DNA of 64,000 nt from Lama glama (Eukaryota): the NCBI GenBank assembly GCA_028534125.1, contig CM052817.1:73844001-73908000 (forward strand), given 5' to 3'. Both the position numbers and the translations under genes were made by a program. Below the pieces are notes generated by a model. That model was not told the origin of the DNA. It saw only the letters and a program-made list of their open reading frames with translations, and did no database searches. The stretch's first letter is position 1. Each line of letters begins with the position of its first letter. Of this stretch, positions 40,176-53,355 are shown piece by piece.

Positions 40176-41957
40176 CCTTCATTGAAGACGGTATCTTACA
40201 TCTGTTGAAAAATGAGTAACATCTTGACTAAGTACACCCAATAGTTCAAACCAAACTTTTCCGTCTAGGAATTGGTTATGCCTTTAGTCATTGATCTGTT
40301 GAACTAACTTCAGAAAAACAAAGTGAAGGTTTTTAATGATTAACTGAATTTTCATCTTTTCAATTGGAATTTGTAATAGCTTTCAGTCAATGACCAAACT
40401 CCAGAAGGACATTCCTAGAACATGGGTTATCTCTGCCCAGTAATACCACCACAAGTGATGAGAGCTAAAAAACCCACACAAGTCACTGTGTTAGAACTAC
40501 ATAATTCGATAATTTCCGTGTCTAACAATAGCCACATGGTAATGACATTCAGTAAATACTGACAGTGTTGTCAGGAGGAATGATAACTATCTCTGCTTGC
40601 TTAGGTGTTGTTAGAATTTTTTTTTCTTTCTCCTTCATATTAGCAGGAATGTTCACCTTTGTTTTGTCCTTTCTCTAATTCTCCCTTCTTTTTTTTTTTC
40701 TGTACTCATGATGGCAAACCATTGACACTTTACCCTATATGTTTAATAATATGACATGATTTTAAAATTCATGAACTAAAATGAAAATTGGGGGAAATCA
40801 TATGCTTCACTTACAGTCTCTTTCCCAATTACTGATTTCTGGTTGTGACCCAGCATTCCTGGGTATCTTTCCCATACTTTTTGGTCCCTGTGTATATGAT
40901 TGACCTTTCTGTAACGTGCAATATAGTGACCTGGATGCAAAACAGCTAAGGTTGAAAAATGTCTATAGGTCAAGTCCTGCCCTTGCAGATGATCAAATGA
41001 AGATACCAGATGGGTCTAGACATCATCTAATCTAGTTATTCTAGCCCTCTGTCTTTGGGTGGATTCATACTATAGAATTTCTTAAGTTTATTAATTTTTA
41101 CAAATATGTTAGCATAGGTTGTAAAATTTTTTTTTTGGATTTTTCTGGTTTCCTCTATCATGTTATGTAGTTCTGCTTAGAATTTATATTTTAGTGGCCT
41201 CCTAGAATAGGTTTCTATGACCTTTGTTTGATAACTCATTCCCTTCTTTAAGAAATGTTAGAGTCAAAATTTGTTTTCGTCTCAAACATATATTTTTCTG
41301 CAGTGCTTGAAGACAGTTGTATCCTAATCTATGCCAACTTAATTTCTCAGCAAATGAAAGTCAGTGTCATCCTCCATAGTGAGTTTTCTGTGTAAGAAGC
41401 CATCTCTTGGCATTCAATCATTTGTTCATTCATTTTGCAGTATTTATTAAACTCCTAATATTTTCCAAGCATCTTTTTTTGCCAAACTTCAGTTGCAAAT
41501 TGAGAGGAAATTTTATTTCTTGAAAATAATTAGATAAAATATGAAGTTCAGAAACAAAAGAATATTTGGATTTTTATTTTAACAAAGCATTCAGCTCCTT
41601 GGTTGGTCAAAGGATTTTTTTAAATTGTCAACTGTTCACAATTCAAAATTATGTTCAGAGCCTAGCAGTTACAATAAAAGCTTTAGAATGTTAGGCAGAG
41701 AATAGAGAACCTAGTAATTTAAAGCAGTTATTCAAATGACCTCCCTTAAATTTAGTTCCTTGAAATGTTATGTCTGCTATTTGTTTTCAGTGTGTCAATT
41801 TTTAGCATGTGGTTTTTAGTCATTTTATTTCCAATGTGTCACCTTGAGGGGTGGGTAGGTTTGTGTTGGTGAACACAGCCAGAACCACAAAGACTTTGTT
41901 TTACAATCCAGAGTCTGGAGTTTTGCCTAATTTTTTTCAACAATCATATTATTTCAG

Positions 41958-42054
41958 GTGGAACCACCCCTGCTCAGTGGGAGGATATTACAGGAACTAC
42001 GCCATTAACATTTGTCAATGAATGTGTTTCCTTTACAACCAATGTGTCTGCCAG
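41958..42054 (+). CDS. ANK2: Exon, 97 nt, ZU5-B: (G)[31 protein letters not shown](R)
   Basis: ttcag|GTGG...CCAG|gtacgg; phase 1-2. Confidence 0.96.
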
Positions 42055-43249
42055 GTACGGTTATACAGCACAGAAAACCCCACTGTGATATTGTGTGCCC
42101 CTCAATGTCTTTTGTTTTGTTTTGTTTCATACTTTCTTTAAAAGGGACTTTTTTTTTGGTTTGGTTTTAAATATGGTCTGCCAGTAAATGTAATAGTGAT
42201 AATACATATTTTAAACTAGACCTGCCAGTAAATATAATAGTGATAACACAATAACAAAGTACAGCCAGTCAGATTAAAATCTAAAGAAAATAAGTGATTG
42301 TTGGCTACTACGGTATGACCCAGACTCTGGTTTTAGTGGCCATTGCTGATTTTTCCATTCCCAAAAGTCTTAGGAATAATAGATTTCCTGATGTCAACAA
42401 AACAGCCTGACCTACTTTTTCCAACAGAATGGTAATAAAAACACAAAGCATACCATGGTTTGCTTAAACAGTTTAGAGGTTGCAGTGACATATGCATCAT
42501 AGCACGTTTACACATCACCCATTTGTGTATCACACATCTTTAAAAAGCTGAAGCTACCTAGTTGTATTGCATATGCATACACTAACTCAACTGATTAATA
42601 ATTGTTCTCATTTGCCTAATCTTTAATGGATTGTTAAACATTTTCCTATTTCTTTAGTTTGATTACTGCAACAACTTTGTGACTTAAGTAGGGCAAGAGA
42701 CATTATGTCCATTTTACAGATGAGAAAACTGCTGCTGAGAGTGATTAAAGCTTAAATTCTTATTCAGGGGGAAGAAAGATAGATGCATGACTCACAACAG
42801 TGAACACATTAGTTCCAGTCACTCGGGGCTCAACTATTGAGTCTCCAGTTCTGTGCGTCAATGCGCCCTGCCACTCATGCATCTACACTCCCGTGCCAGG
42901 AAAGGACAGGTTCTGAATGGAAAGGTCCACAGGAGGTACTAAAAGAATTCAAAAGAGGGTGTTTGCATCAGGGGAGTCAGAGAGGATGTCTGAGAAGAGG
43001 TGCCTCATGAGATGGGTAGGAACCTAACAGGTGGATAAAAGTGGAAAAGAGATGCCAAGATGCAGCAGGGTATTAGGAGATGGTGACAATGGAGTCTGTA
43101 ATTCAGAAACAATGCTGGCATGTTCCTTAACATTATTTACAGAAGGCGTTGTAGGGTAGACCAACAAGTCAGGAGTTATAAACGTATTGAATTGATAATT
43201 TAATTCCCTGACAATTGAAGAAGCAGTGAATAAAGTATAACTGAATCAG

Positions 43250-43615
43250 TATAAAGAGGAAGGTAATATTAACTGCTTGCCAAGGACCAGGAACTATGCT
43301 GAATCTTGAAAACATTATAGTAAATGAAATAGGACAGACCCAAAAGAACAAGTGTTGCATGATTCCACGTGAATGAGGTGCCTAGAATAGGCAAATGCGT
43401 AGAGACAGAAAGTGTAGTAGAGGTTCCCAGGGGCTGAGGTGAAGGAGAAAATTGGAAGTTACTGTTTCTGTTTGGGATGATGAGAAAGTTCTGGAAACTG
43501 AGAGAGGTCATGATTGCATAGTGTTGTAAATGTACTCCATGCCAGTGAATTGTACACTTAAAGAGTGGTTAAAACGGTAAACATTATATGATGTGTGTTT
43601 TACCACAATTAAAAA
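43250..43615 (+). mobile_element. Older LINE-1 (L1MB-like) 3' UTR fragment
   Basis: cctagaataggcaaat...agagacagaaag...gaattgtacacttaaag...tggttaaaa...ttttaccacaattaaaaaa; similar to 48750-49090. Confidence 0.8.
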
Positions 43616-44543
43616 AGAAGAGGGATGGATCTGGAACTTGAAGGAAAGAAAGGCTAAGAAGATAGGGAAATCTCAGAATGTTGAAAGATTATGGGCAGTG
43701 AGTCCAGGGGAAGGAGAATGATCACTGATGGAGAAAGGTTTCAAAGCAAGAGGATGTGTAATAAATCTTGGAAGTGTATACATAGCAAAGTGACAAATGC
43801 CCATCTGATGGTCTCTACTTTCTCAGCAGTTACCTTTCCTAGGGCCTGAGGTGAGGGGGAAGCTCCAGGTGTGTCATACAGGTTTAGCAATGTCACTGTA
43901 CTGAATAAAGTGAGAGCTGCGAAAGAAGTTGCCAAGCAGTGCCACAGATTTAACCGATGCCAGAAATTATAAATTAGTCACAAAGCCAATCATTTCTTCT
44001 CTGAGTTGTTCAGCGATATTTAGAAGTTCTGAAACAAAAGCAGGTTTTCTTTTTTTTTTTACCTGGTTGGGTTAATCCAACCTTGGTGACTAGAGAGTTC
44101 TTTGGAAAAGAACAATGAGATGAGGAAAAGCTAGGTAGATTTTGTTGAATAGAGATTCAGGAAATAATGAAGAACAGGAGAGTCAGTCAAGGAAAACAAA
44201 CTCATCCAGTGAGATACTTGTCATAATATCCAACACTGGGCTTGCACCACTGAAAGGTCCTAAAACACTGAAGACATTTTAGAAGGTTGAATGCTCAGAA
44301 GGGCTTCCAAGGAAGGAAATGACCAATACAGCATTTAAGAGTTCATCTTAAACCCTGGTATGTGCTTCTCTCTTCCCCTTACCCTCTTCCTCCTTCCCCT
44401 CTGTCCCCTACCTGTCCTCCCTTCCCTGTTCTTCCCTGCCCTCTTACCTTCTCCCGTAATCTCCCTTTCTTGCTTCCTTCTTTTTCCATGACGCATTTGA
44501 TGGTTACTTTGACCATACTGAAGGAGCTGACTTGTTTTTCACA

Positions 44544-44673
44544 CAGTTGGCCTTCCTTATTGGCGGATGTGAAACCCGCGGATACGGAGGGCAGACTGTA
44601 CTCCACCACTTTTTGTAAGGGACTTGAACATCCATGGGTTTTGATATCTGTGGGGCTCCAGGAGGGCTGACTG
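44544..44673. mobile_element. Tigger-family (MER2-like) MITE remnant
   Basis: cagttggccttcc ... ggatacggagggcagactgta ... ggagggctgactg-TA terminal-type sequences. Confidence 0.7.
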
Positions 44674-44714
44674 TACTTTGAATTTCAGATAACTGACCTT
44701 ATTTCATTTTATAG

Positions 44715-44943
44715 GTTCTGGCTGATAGATTGTCGACAAATCCAGGAATCCGTCACCTTTGCATCACAAGTGTACAGAGAAATTATCTGTGTTCCATATA
44801 TGGCCAAATTTGTAGTGTTTGCCAAATCACATGACCCCATTGAAGCCAGGTTGAGGTGTTTCTGCATGACCGATGATAAAGTGGATAAGACCCTTGAACA
44901 ACAAGAAAACTTTGCTGAGGTGGCCAGAAGCAGGGATGTGGAG
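44715..44943 (+). CDS. ANK2: Exon, 229 nt, ZU5-B end / [79 protein letters not shown]
   Basis: tttatag|GTTC...GAG|gtactg; phase 2-0. Confidence 0.97.
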
Positions 44944-45765
44944 GTACTGTATTTGAAAAAACAATTTATGTTAATATATTGTTTATACCTTTATTAATAT
45001 ATTATACTTAAAATAATATCTAATAAATAGAGCCAGAAAAAGAAACCCAGTTGACATCTTGATCAGTTAGAAAGGTTGAGGTCTAAAATCAGCCATTTTT
45101 AGCTGGTTTCAACCTATTCTATAGGGTTAGTCTCAGTGTATGTGAGGAGGTAAAAGGACTCTTTAAAGATTATTATGGGGAAAGTTATGAGTTATTGATA
45201 AATTCAGTGTATAAAAATGAATATAATGATTTACATGTGATTTTTATCTTTCCTTGTTCTTTTTTTTTTGAAGTGAATATTTATTTGATTTTTTACTATT
45301 ATTATTCTTTAACAGTAAAGAAAACAGTTCAAGAAGTATATCCTTTGTGTAAATGTGAAATATGGGCTTTCTACATTACTTTTTCTTACTTCAGATTTTA
45401 CCATCAGTGTGGACCTTTGGATATTGAGGTCAAGTAACCTGACTCATTGTGATAATCAGAAAGAAATCTAAATTTGGGACTTAAAGATTTATTGGTTTGG
45501 GGAGGTAATATGTCATAGTGTTAGAAATGAGTGGAAATGAGAACATTAATATTAAATACCACCATGCATTGAAGATTCCCATTACTAGAAAGAAGAGACA
45601 TGCTTTATCACAGATAACACAAAATGTTTCTCAGCAGTTTAAAGATTATTGTATGCACTTTATAAGAATTTTAATGTTCTGGGTAATACCACCACTTCTT
45701 TATGTAAATAACAAGTAATAATTGAAGCTATTATATTCTGTGATGTTTTTCTCTATTCTCACCAG

Positions 45766-45891
45766 GTATTAGAAGGAAAACCCATCTACGTTGATTGTTT
45801 TGGCAACCTGGTGCCATTAACCAAGAGTGGTCAACATCATATATTCAGTTTTTTTGCCTTCAAAGAAAACAGACTTCCTCTCTTTGTCAAG
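45766..45891 (+). CDS. ANK2: Exon, 126 nt, [45 protein letters not shown]
   Basis: accag|GTA...AAG|gtaata; phase 0-0. Confidence 0.96.
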
Positions 45892-46045
45892 GTAATATAC
45901 ATATGGAATTTTGTAAAGCATTTAATTCAAGATCTAAAAAAGCTTTGACTTCCTTTAGGAGAATAGAATATTTGCTTTTCAGTCATTTCCAATGGTTTTT
46001 AAAGCCAGTTCTATAAAATTTTGAAATCTTAGAAAACCAACCATA

Positions 46046-46985
46046 TTTTTTTTTTGAAGTTGTGTCGACTTCTGGTTTACAGCATAATAGTTCAGTCATA
46101 CATAGACATATATATATTTGTTTTCATATTCTTTTTCATTATAGGTTACTAAAAGATGTTGAATATTATTCCCTGTGCTATACAGTATAAACTTGTTGTT
46201 TATTTTATATTTAGTAGTTAGTATCTGCAAATCTCAAACTCCCAATTTATCCTTTCCCACCCTTTTCCCCCAGTGGTAACCCTAAGTTTGTTTTCTATGT
46301 CTGTGAGTCTGTTACTGTTTTTTAAGTAAGTTCATTTGTGTCATTTTTTTTTTAGATTCTACATAAAAGTGATATCATATGGGATTTTTCTTTCTCTTTC
46401 TGAATTACTTCACTTAGAATGACTATCTACAGGTCCATCCATGTTGCTGCAAATGGCATTGTTTTATTCTTTTTTGTGGCTGAGTAGTATTCCATTGTAT
46501 AAATATGGTACAGCTTCTTTACCCAGTCATCTGTCAGTGGACATTTAGGTTGTTTCCAAGTCTTGGCCATTGTAAATAGTGCTGCTGTGAACACTGAGGT
46601 GCATGTATCTTTTTGAATTAAGGTTCCTTCTGGATATATGCCCAGGAGTAGGACTGCTGGATCATATGATAAGTCTTTTTAGTCTTTTGAGGAATCTCCA
46701 TACTGTGTTCCGTAATGGCTGCATCAAATTACATTCCTACCAACAGTGTAGGAGGGTTCCCTTTTCTCCACACCCTCTCCAGCATTTATCGTTCATGGAC
46801 TTTTGAATGATGGCCATTCTGACTCTTATGAGGTGATTCCTCAAGATAGTTTTGATTTGCATTTCTCTGATAATTAGCAATACTGAGCATTTTTTCATGT
46901 GCCTATTGGCCATTTTTATGACTTCATTGAAGAATTGCTTATTTAGGTCTTCTGCCCATTTTGGAGTTGGATTGTTTGTGTTTTT
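46046..46985 (-). mobile_element. LINE-1 3' fragment (same family as 8284-8918, extending into the ORF2 3' end)
   Basis: Near-colinear similarity to 8284-8918, plus cattcctaccaacagtgtaggagggttccc...ttgatttgcatttctctgat. Confidence 0.9.
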
Positions 46986-47290
46986 AAAATGACAATTTCA
47001 ACCTTAATTTTTAGCTATATACTATGTTTAAGGCAGAGAATGAGGGACAAATTGCCAATTTATTAAGTAGAAAAACTGGTTATTCATTGCCAAATGTTAA
47101 GGGAAGTCTTTCTTTATCTTTCTTTCTTTCTTTTTTTAATATTATTTATTTTAAATATTTGTACTTAAATTTTTAAAATATGTGATTTCACAAGTATGGA
47201 GGCCAAAAGAGTTCTTAGTGACAAATTTTCATAATAAAAGCTCTCAAAGGACCCAGGATCTCACTTAATCTACTAAAATATTATCCCAGA

Positions 47291-47515
47291 GTTTAGGATT
47301 AACAGATACACATTACTATATATAAAATAGGTAAGCAACCAGGACCTACTGTATAGCACAGGGAACTATATTCAGTTTCTTGTAATGAGCTATAATGGAA
47401 AAGAATCTGAAAAAAAATGTATGTATATGTATATCTGAATCACTTTGCTGTACACATGAAACTAACATTGTAAATCGACTACATTTTAATAAAAAATAAG
47501 AATTAAAATAAAGAG
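47291..47515 (+). mobile_element. 5'-truncated LINE-1 3' end with 11-bp TSD
   Basis: ggacctactgtatagcacagggaac core and A-rich tail; ATTATCCCAGA at 47280-47290 and 47516-47526. Confidence 0.88.
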
Positions 47516-47984
47516 ATTATCCCAGATAGAACTATAGACTGGATATACTTTCATAACTCATTCAGCAAACATCTGAAGAGACACTTCAGTGTACCATGAA
47601 TTTGTTGTCCCTGTTTGGAAATATTAATCCAAGTTAGAAATTTGGCTGTAACATATACAAGTTTCATTTTAGATTCCAGTTCTAAAGAGGGACAAAAATG
47701 AATATGAGTGAGAGATTCATGAAATTAAAAGGAAGTGATAATTCTATTTAATTTTTAATAAGTCTGTTAAGTTTTCTCAAGATCTCCACTGAAGGCTTTC
47801 ATTGTGCCAATTCTGGTTCAGTTGTTTTGCCTGATTAAAGATAGGCTTTTACAGATCACCACATTGAACAGTAACAGCTGAGGGGTAATAGATCTGTTTA
47901 CCACAAACAACTATACAATTGCGCTAATATTTGATACTGTTGACGTGCAAAAGTCATTCTGTAAACAACATAATACAAAAATAG

Positions 47985-49090
47985 GAAAATGACAAACATT
48001 TCTCCAAAGAAGATGCGCAAATGGCCAATGAGCACATGAAAAGATGCTCAACTGCTTAGGGAAATTCAAATTCAAATCACAATGAGATACCACTCCATAC
48101 CCATTAGGTTGGCTATTATCAAAAACAAAGAAACAGAAAGTAACAAATGTTGGTGAAAATGTGGAGAATCTGGGACCCCATGCATTGCTGGTGGGAATGT
48201 AAAATGGTGCAGCCGTGGAAAACAGTATGGTAATGCCTCAAACAGTTAACCATAAAATTAGCATATGCTCCAGCAATTCCCAAAGAATTGAAAGCAGGGA
48301 CTCAAACACTTATTTGCAATGTTCATAGCAGCACTACTCTCAATAGTCAAAATGTAGAAACAGCCCAAATATCCACTGACAGATGAATGGATAAAAAAAA
48401 ATGTGGTATATGCATGCAATAGAATAATATTCAGCCTTAAAATGAGTAAAATTAGTCAGACATAAAAGGGCAAATGTTGTGTGTTCCCATTTGTATGAGG
48501 GACCTAGAGAATTCAAATACAGAATCTGAAAATAGAATGGTGGTTCCCAGGGGATGGGGAAGGAAGGAATGGGAAGTTATTGTTTAATGGAAACAGTTTC
48601 AGTTTGTGAAGGTGAAAACTTTCTGAAACTGAATGGAGGTCATGATTGTACATCAGTGTGAATGTATTTAATGCTATTAAACTATGCCTGTAGAAGTGGT
48701 TAAAATGGTATTTTATGTATATTTCAACACAATTTTAAAAAAGAATGAAATTCTGATATATGTTGCAACAGGAATAAAGCTTAAAAATATCATGTTACCT
48801 GAAACAACCCAGACACAAAAGGACAATTATAGTATAACTCTGTCCATACCAGGTACCAGGCAAATTTATAGCAACAGAAAGTTGAATAGAGGTTACTAGG
48901 TGCTGGGGAAAAAAATAGGGAGTTCTTTCTTAATAGGTACAGAGTTTCTGTTTGAGATTATGAAAAATTCTTCATGATGGTGATGATTGCACAGCTTTGT
49001 AAATGTGTTTCATGCCATTGAATTGTATACTTAGAAATGATAAGTGTATAAATGGAAATGGTAAATTCTATGTTATATATATTTTACCAC
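47985..49090 (+). mobile_element. Older LINE-1 (L1M-type) ORF2 end and 3' UTR, degenerate
   Basis: ttctccaaagaagat...caatgagataccac...ttgctggtgggaatgtaaaatggtgcagcc...gatgaatggataaa motifs; boundaries approximate. Confidence 0.85.
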
Positions 49091-49282
49091 AGAGTTTTTG
49101 AAAGCTGAATGATTTTAAATCATTCTAAATGATAATAGAAAAAGAAAAAGAGAACACCTCCAAAACCTTACTCAGCATTACCAAATGAATTTTTTTTCCC
49201 TAGCTTTTTTTGAGTACCATCTCATTAAAATAAATGGTATGTGTCATATATGGGTGAAGTATGTATGCCTTTCTTGTTCAAG

Positions 49283-49405
49283 GTACGTGATACGACTCAG
49301 GAACCTTGCGGACGACTATCATTTATGAAAGAGCCAAAATCTACCAGAGGCCTGGTGCATCAAGCTATTTGCAACTTAAACATCACACTGCCAATTTATA
49401 CGAAG
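49283..49405 (+). CDS. ANK2: Exon, 123 nt, UPA end: [41 protein letters not shown]
   Basis: ttcaag|GTA...AAG|gtattg; phase 0-0. Confidence 0.96.
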
Positions 49406-50638
49406 GTATTGTAATCTGTATAGTGCAATTCAGGCAGCATAGGATTGATTCTCAAATCCTGTAGAATAAACAAGTGCGAAGATACTGACTGAATGCAACC
49501 ACATGCAACAGTCATTTTTGATTCCCTGTCCAGTTTCCATTTAAGTACAGAAAAATGTAGCTCTACCTTATTTCACATTAAATTCACTTTGATGGAAAAA
49601 AATTCTATAAATATATATTGGAGATGGAAGAGAGAAAATTTGAATTTAAGATTTAACTTTTTGAACTAATTTCTAAAAATAAAATAATTGTCTTTGACTT
49701 ATTATGTTCTTACATGCCCTCCTGCATCATACAAGTACATTTGGCCCTACCAAAACATTATGAGTGCATTAGCTTCTGTTTATTACCAGTTCACAGGGAG
49801 ATTATATATTATCAAATCTAGAGCAACATTATGATATTTTACATTGTTGCTGAAATAATTGTTCATTTTGTAACCTACATTATTTTAGGAATATCAAATT
49901 AATTTTTCAACCATTTTGGCATGATTAGTATACAAAAGACTCCCATGTTACTGGAGTAAATTTGAAACATTGTTGAAAGGAAAAATTCATTAATTCCTGA
50001 CCCAAATCTACCAACAGGTATTACTTTCTATCCAGACCTCTCCCCATTGTAGAATTCCTTGATCACTCTGATCAAATCAAAGAACACAAGGGAATGAATT
50101 AAATGTTAGGGATAACTTTTCTTTTATTAAAAAAGTTTTTAACCAGTATCCCTTTTGAATGGAAAGCTCCCACATGGCAGTTTACAGGAGGTTATGGCAA
50201 GCTGTCAGTGTGTGTGTTAGAGGTTGGGGAGTGGACTGAACAGTGGTAGAGGAGACGTGCAGGAGAAGAACTGTATTTAAAATCCTCCTCTTGACTCCAC
50301 AAAGCAAAGCGTTTCCTCTACTTCTTTTTATTCACCACGGTATGTTTTTTTCTTAATTATTCTTATAAATTGGAAATCAGTCAAGAGAGAAAAGTATGTA
50401 GCATCATGTTTAACATTATAAATTCTTACTAAATGATGAAAATGAAATGAAATCCCAGTATTGGTATACGTGAATGTACACGTTATTCTGAGAACCAGAG
50501 CACAGCAGTGGGCATGTCCACCCAAATGAGCATAAATCTAATCACACTCCAGTGATGCAGAATGTACTCTGGAGTTTGTGGTGCTGATCACTTTGAGTCA
50601 CTGAAGCAGAATGCCAAATAAGAACCACAAAGAAATAT

Positions 50639-50678
50639 GTACTGCTGGGGCGATCCACGTACTGCTGGGGCGATCCAC
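50639..50678. repeat. Perfect 20-bp tandem duplication
   Basis: GTACTGCTGGGGCGATCCAC x2. Confidence 0.95.
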
Positions 50679-51375
50679 CTGAGTGATATGTAAAGATGAA
50701 GGAGCTTTGTTTCTGATTTCAGTGAGCTTTCACTGTGCTATAAAAGAAAACATTTACTTTATTACTACTTTTTATTTCTCAGTCAAGCTCTGTCAAACAC
50801 AGTTATTGTTGCTGTGATGGTCCAGGACAACTTTCCATTGAGTAACTCAAAACATAAAAAACTGCCAAACATCGTATAGTTCAGATATGCTTTAGAACTT
50901 AGTAGCTCTTTATCATAATAAAACTCCTAAATATTGCCTGTGTATTGAAAGTACATTCACCATATGTTTATTTGTGGCTTTTAACAGTCTTAGTCAATAT
51001 CTGTAGTGACTGAGATATTACCGTCACCACTTCGGTAGACATATGCCATCAAATTCGTTAAATGTCAAACTCTGAGGCTGCTGGTAACCTAGCATCTGAA
51101 ATTAGTATTTTTTCATTTTAGTTCTTTTGCCTATAAATGAGTATATTTATCATCTTGGTTCTTTTGTCTCTGGAATCGACAAATGTTTGTATTTAAATCA
51201 ATCCTCTTTAATTTTTGTGCCTGTCTTCTGTAAACTGTTAGAAAAATTACGAGTACGCTGAGTGTATGCTTGCCTGTTGATGTTTTTTGTCAGGGTATTT
51301 AATCTTTTCTTCTAAATACTCTCTACTCTTCCTGCTCTCTGTTTTCCACCTTGCATGGCATCTTGGGGCGGCAAG

Positions 51376-51408
51376 GAATCAGAGTCAGATCAAGAACAGG
51401 AGGAAGAG
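51376..51408 (+). CDS. ANK2: Small exon, 33 nt: ESESDQEQEEE
   Basis: gcaag|GAA...GAG|gtaatt; phase 0-0; fills the expected ankyrin-B sequence after LPIYTK. Confidence 0.92.
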
Positions 51409-53333
51409 GTAATTGTATGGCATTGTCACCTGTTCATGGCTCTGTCATTGCTGTAAACAGTAATAAGACCACATGGTTAAGCTCTGTTCTTAGAAGGATT
51501 ACACAGTTGTTCTTGGTAATTAAAGGATCACAATTTTCCTTAACCTCTCTGAGACTGTTTTCTCATCTTGTGGACTGATTTCAGAGGACAGTAAAATTTC
51601 CCTATAAATTGTTACCTGTCTTATGCAATAATGTAGATTTCTCTGCTAACTACTGAAGACCAAACCATTATCCCAGGGATTCTCAAAGATTGGTCTGGAG
51701 ATGCCAGCAGGTCAAACTCTTTCTTTAGTTGTAAAGACATTATTTGCCTTTTAGCTCCCATATCCTCACAAGATACACAAGAATGTTCTAGAGACTCCAT
51801 TATATATAATAACATCATCACCTGACACTCTGGAATGTGCTCTTGTGTATACTGGGTTCTAGCATTTTCACAGCTTTAATTTGTAATAGAGATACTTATT
51901 TATATATGTTAAACATAACAAAAAGTTCTTCAGGCTCGTCAGTAATTTTTAGGAGTGTTAAGGTGGTCTTAAAAAGTTTGAGGACCACTGAAATAAAAAA
52001 CTTTAAGGAGCATGTAGTTCATCCATTTGACTATAATATTATAATACAGAAGCCTACTGATCATGTACACTTCTTATAAGGTAGGCTCTTTACTAAGTGT
52101 TCCACGTACTCCGTCCACACTGGTCTCTCACAATCACCGTATGAGGTGTGTGCTGTCATATCATAGATGAAGAAAATGGGTCTTAGAGAGGTTGCATTGA
52201 ATAAATAGCCATTCGAACTATATCTGCTTCGATAGTTAAAGCAAGTACGTGTTTGTTTCCTTTATAAAGATCTAAAAATGCCCAAATGTTATCACGGAAA
52301 TGAAAGAAATCATTGGAAAATTATCCTTCTACTTAATTGATTAACATATTGGTTCCTATTTCTGAGATAGACAAATGGAATTGTTATTAGCTGCAAGTAA
52401 ATGTTTTCAAATATACTAGTTTTATTCTTTAATGTTTTTCTGATGGATTTGAAATACAAAAACATTAAAGGAAAACATAATAAACACCCTTGGATCCACC
52501 AGCTTAAAATGTAAGGCCTTAGTTCAGAGAATGCCCTTGAATTCACTTTTTTTTAACTGATACCCAGGCAGTGGAGCAGGACAAGAGAGTGATTATAGAC
52601 TCATCCACCTGCCGTGTATAACCAGACACACAGTGAACTTCTGACAAGACTGACGCCATTCTCTCCCTTAACTGTGCAGTCACTCTTTGTCTCACATACT
52701 CAGTTTCCTTCCTGTAGTTGGTGACTCAATCCCCAAGCTGTTCAAAATGATACCTACGTACCTTCTAGACAGAGTGATAGTCATGAATCCAACTTTGGTA
52801 TATGTTCAAATGAGGTTTTCCCATTAGGTTTATGATTTTTCTATTGACTATTTCCAGGCACTATTCAGGGCAGTGGATCTAGTTTGTATGCTTTTCAGGA
52901 TTTGGAATTCTGGCTTGTAACTCATAATGACACTACTTCTGTAGAACAGATCACCCTGGCATGCTGTTTGTTCTTGCCTTCTTTTTCTCAACTAAATTGA
53001 CACTTACTGTTTCGTACCTACTTCACTGTTTCCCTGGCCTTTTCCCTAATGTGTATTTCTAATATCAAACACTCCTGGACCATATCTCCCCAGGAGTAAC
53101 ATTTTAGAAAGGACTTTACACTCATAGTGTCTAGGAAAGAGATTTGTTTTTTTCAAGTTAGCATGAGAATGAAGGAAATCCTCAGGAAGAACTGTAGCAA
53201 ATTACTCTGACCTTCCTCTAGCTTATGGTGTCTCCCATGTGTATAATTATGAATAAGAGGTTGTTGTGCACATCAGGGGTGGTGAGACAAGATGCTACTT
53301 GTAACCATTCGATTTATGTATGTTTTCTTTCAG

Positions 53334-53355
53334 ATCGATATGACATCAGAAAAAA
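53334..53355 (+). CDS. ANK2: Microexon, 22 nt: IDMTSEK(N)
   Basis: tttcag|ATCGATATGACATCAGAAAAAA|gtaaga; phase 0-1, the phase needed to join the giant exon or the death-domain exon. Confidence 0.93.
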
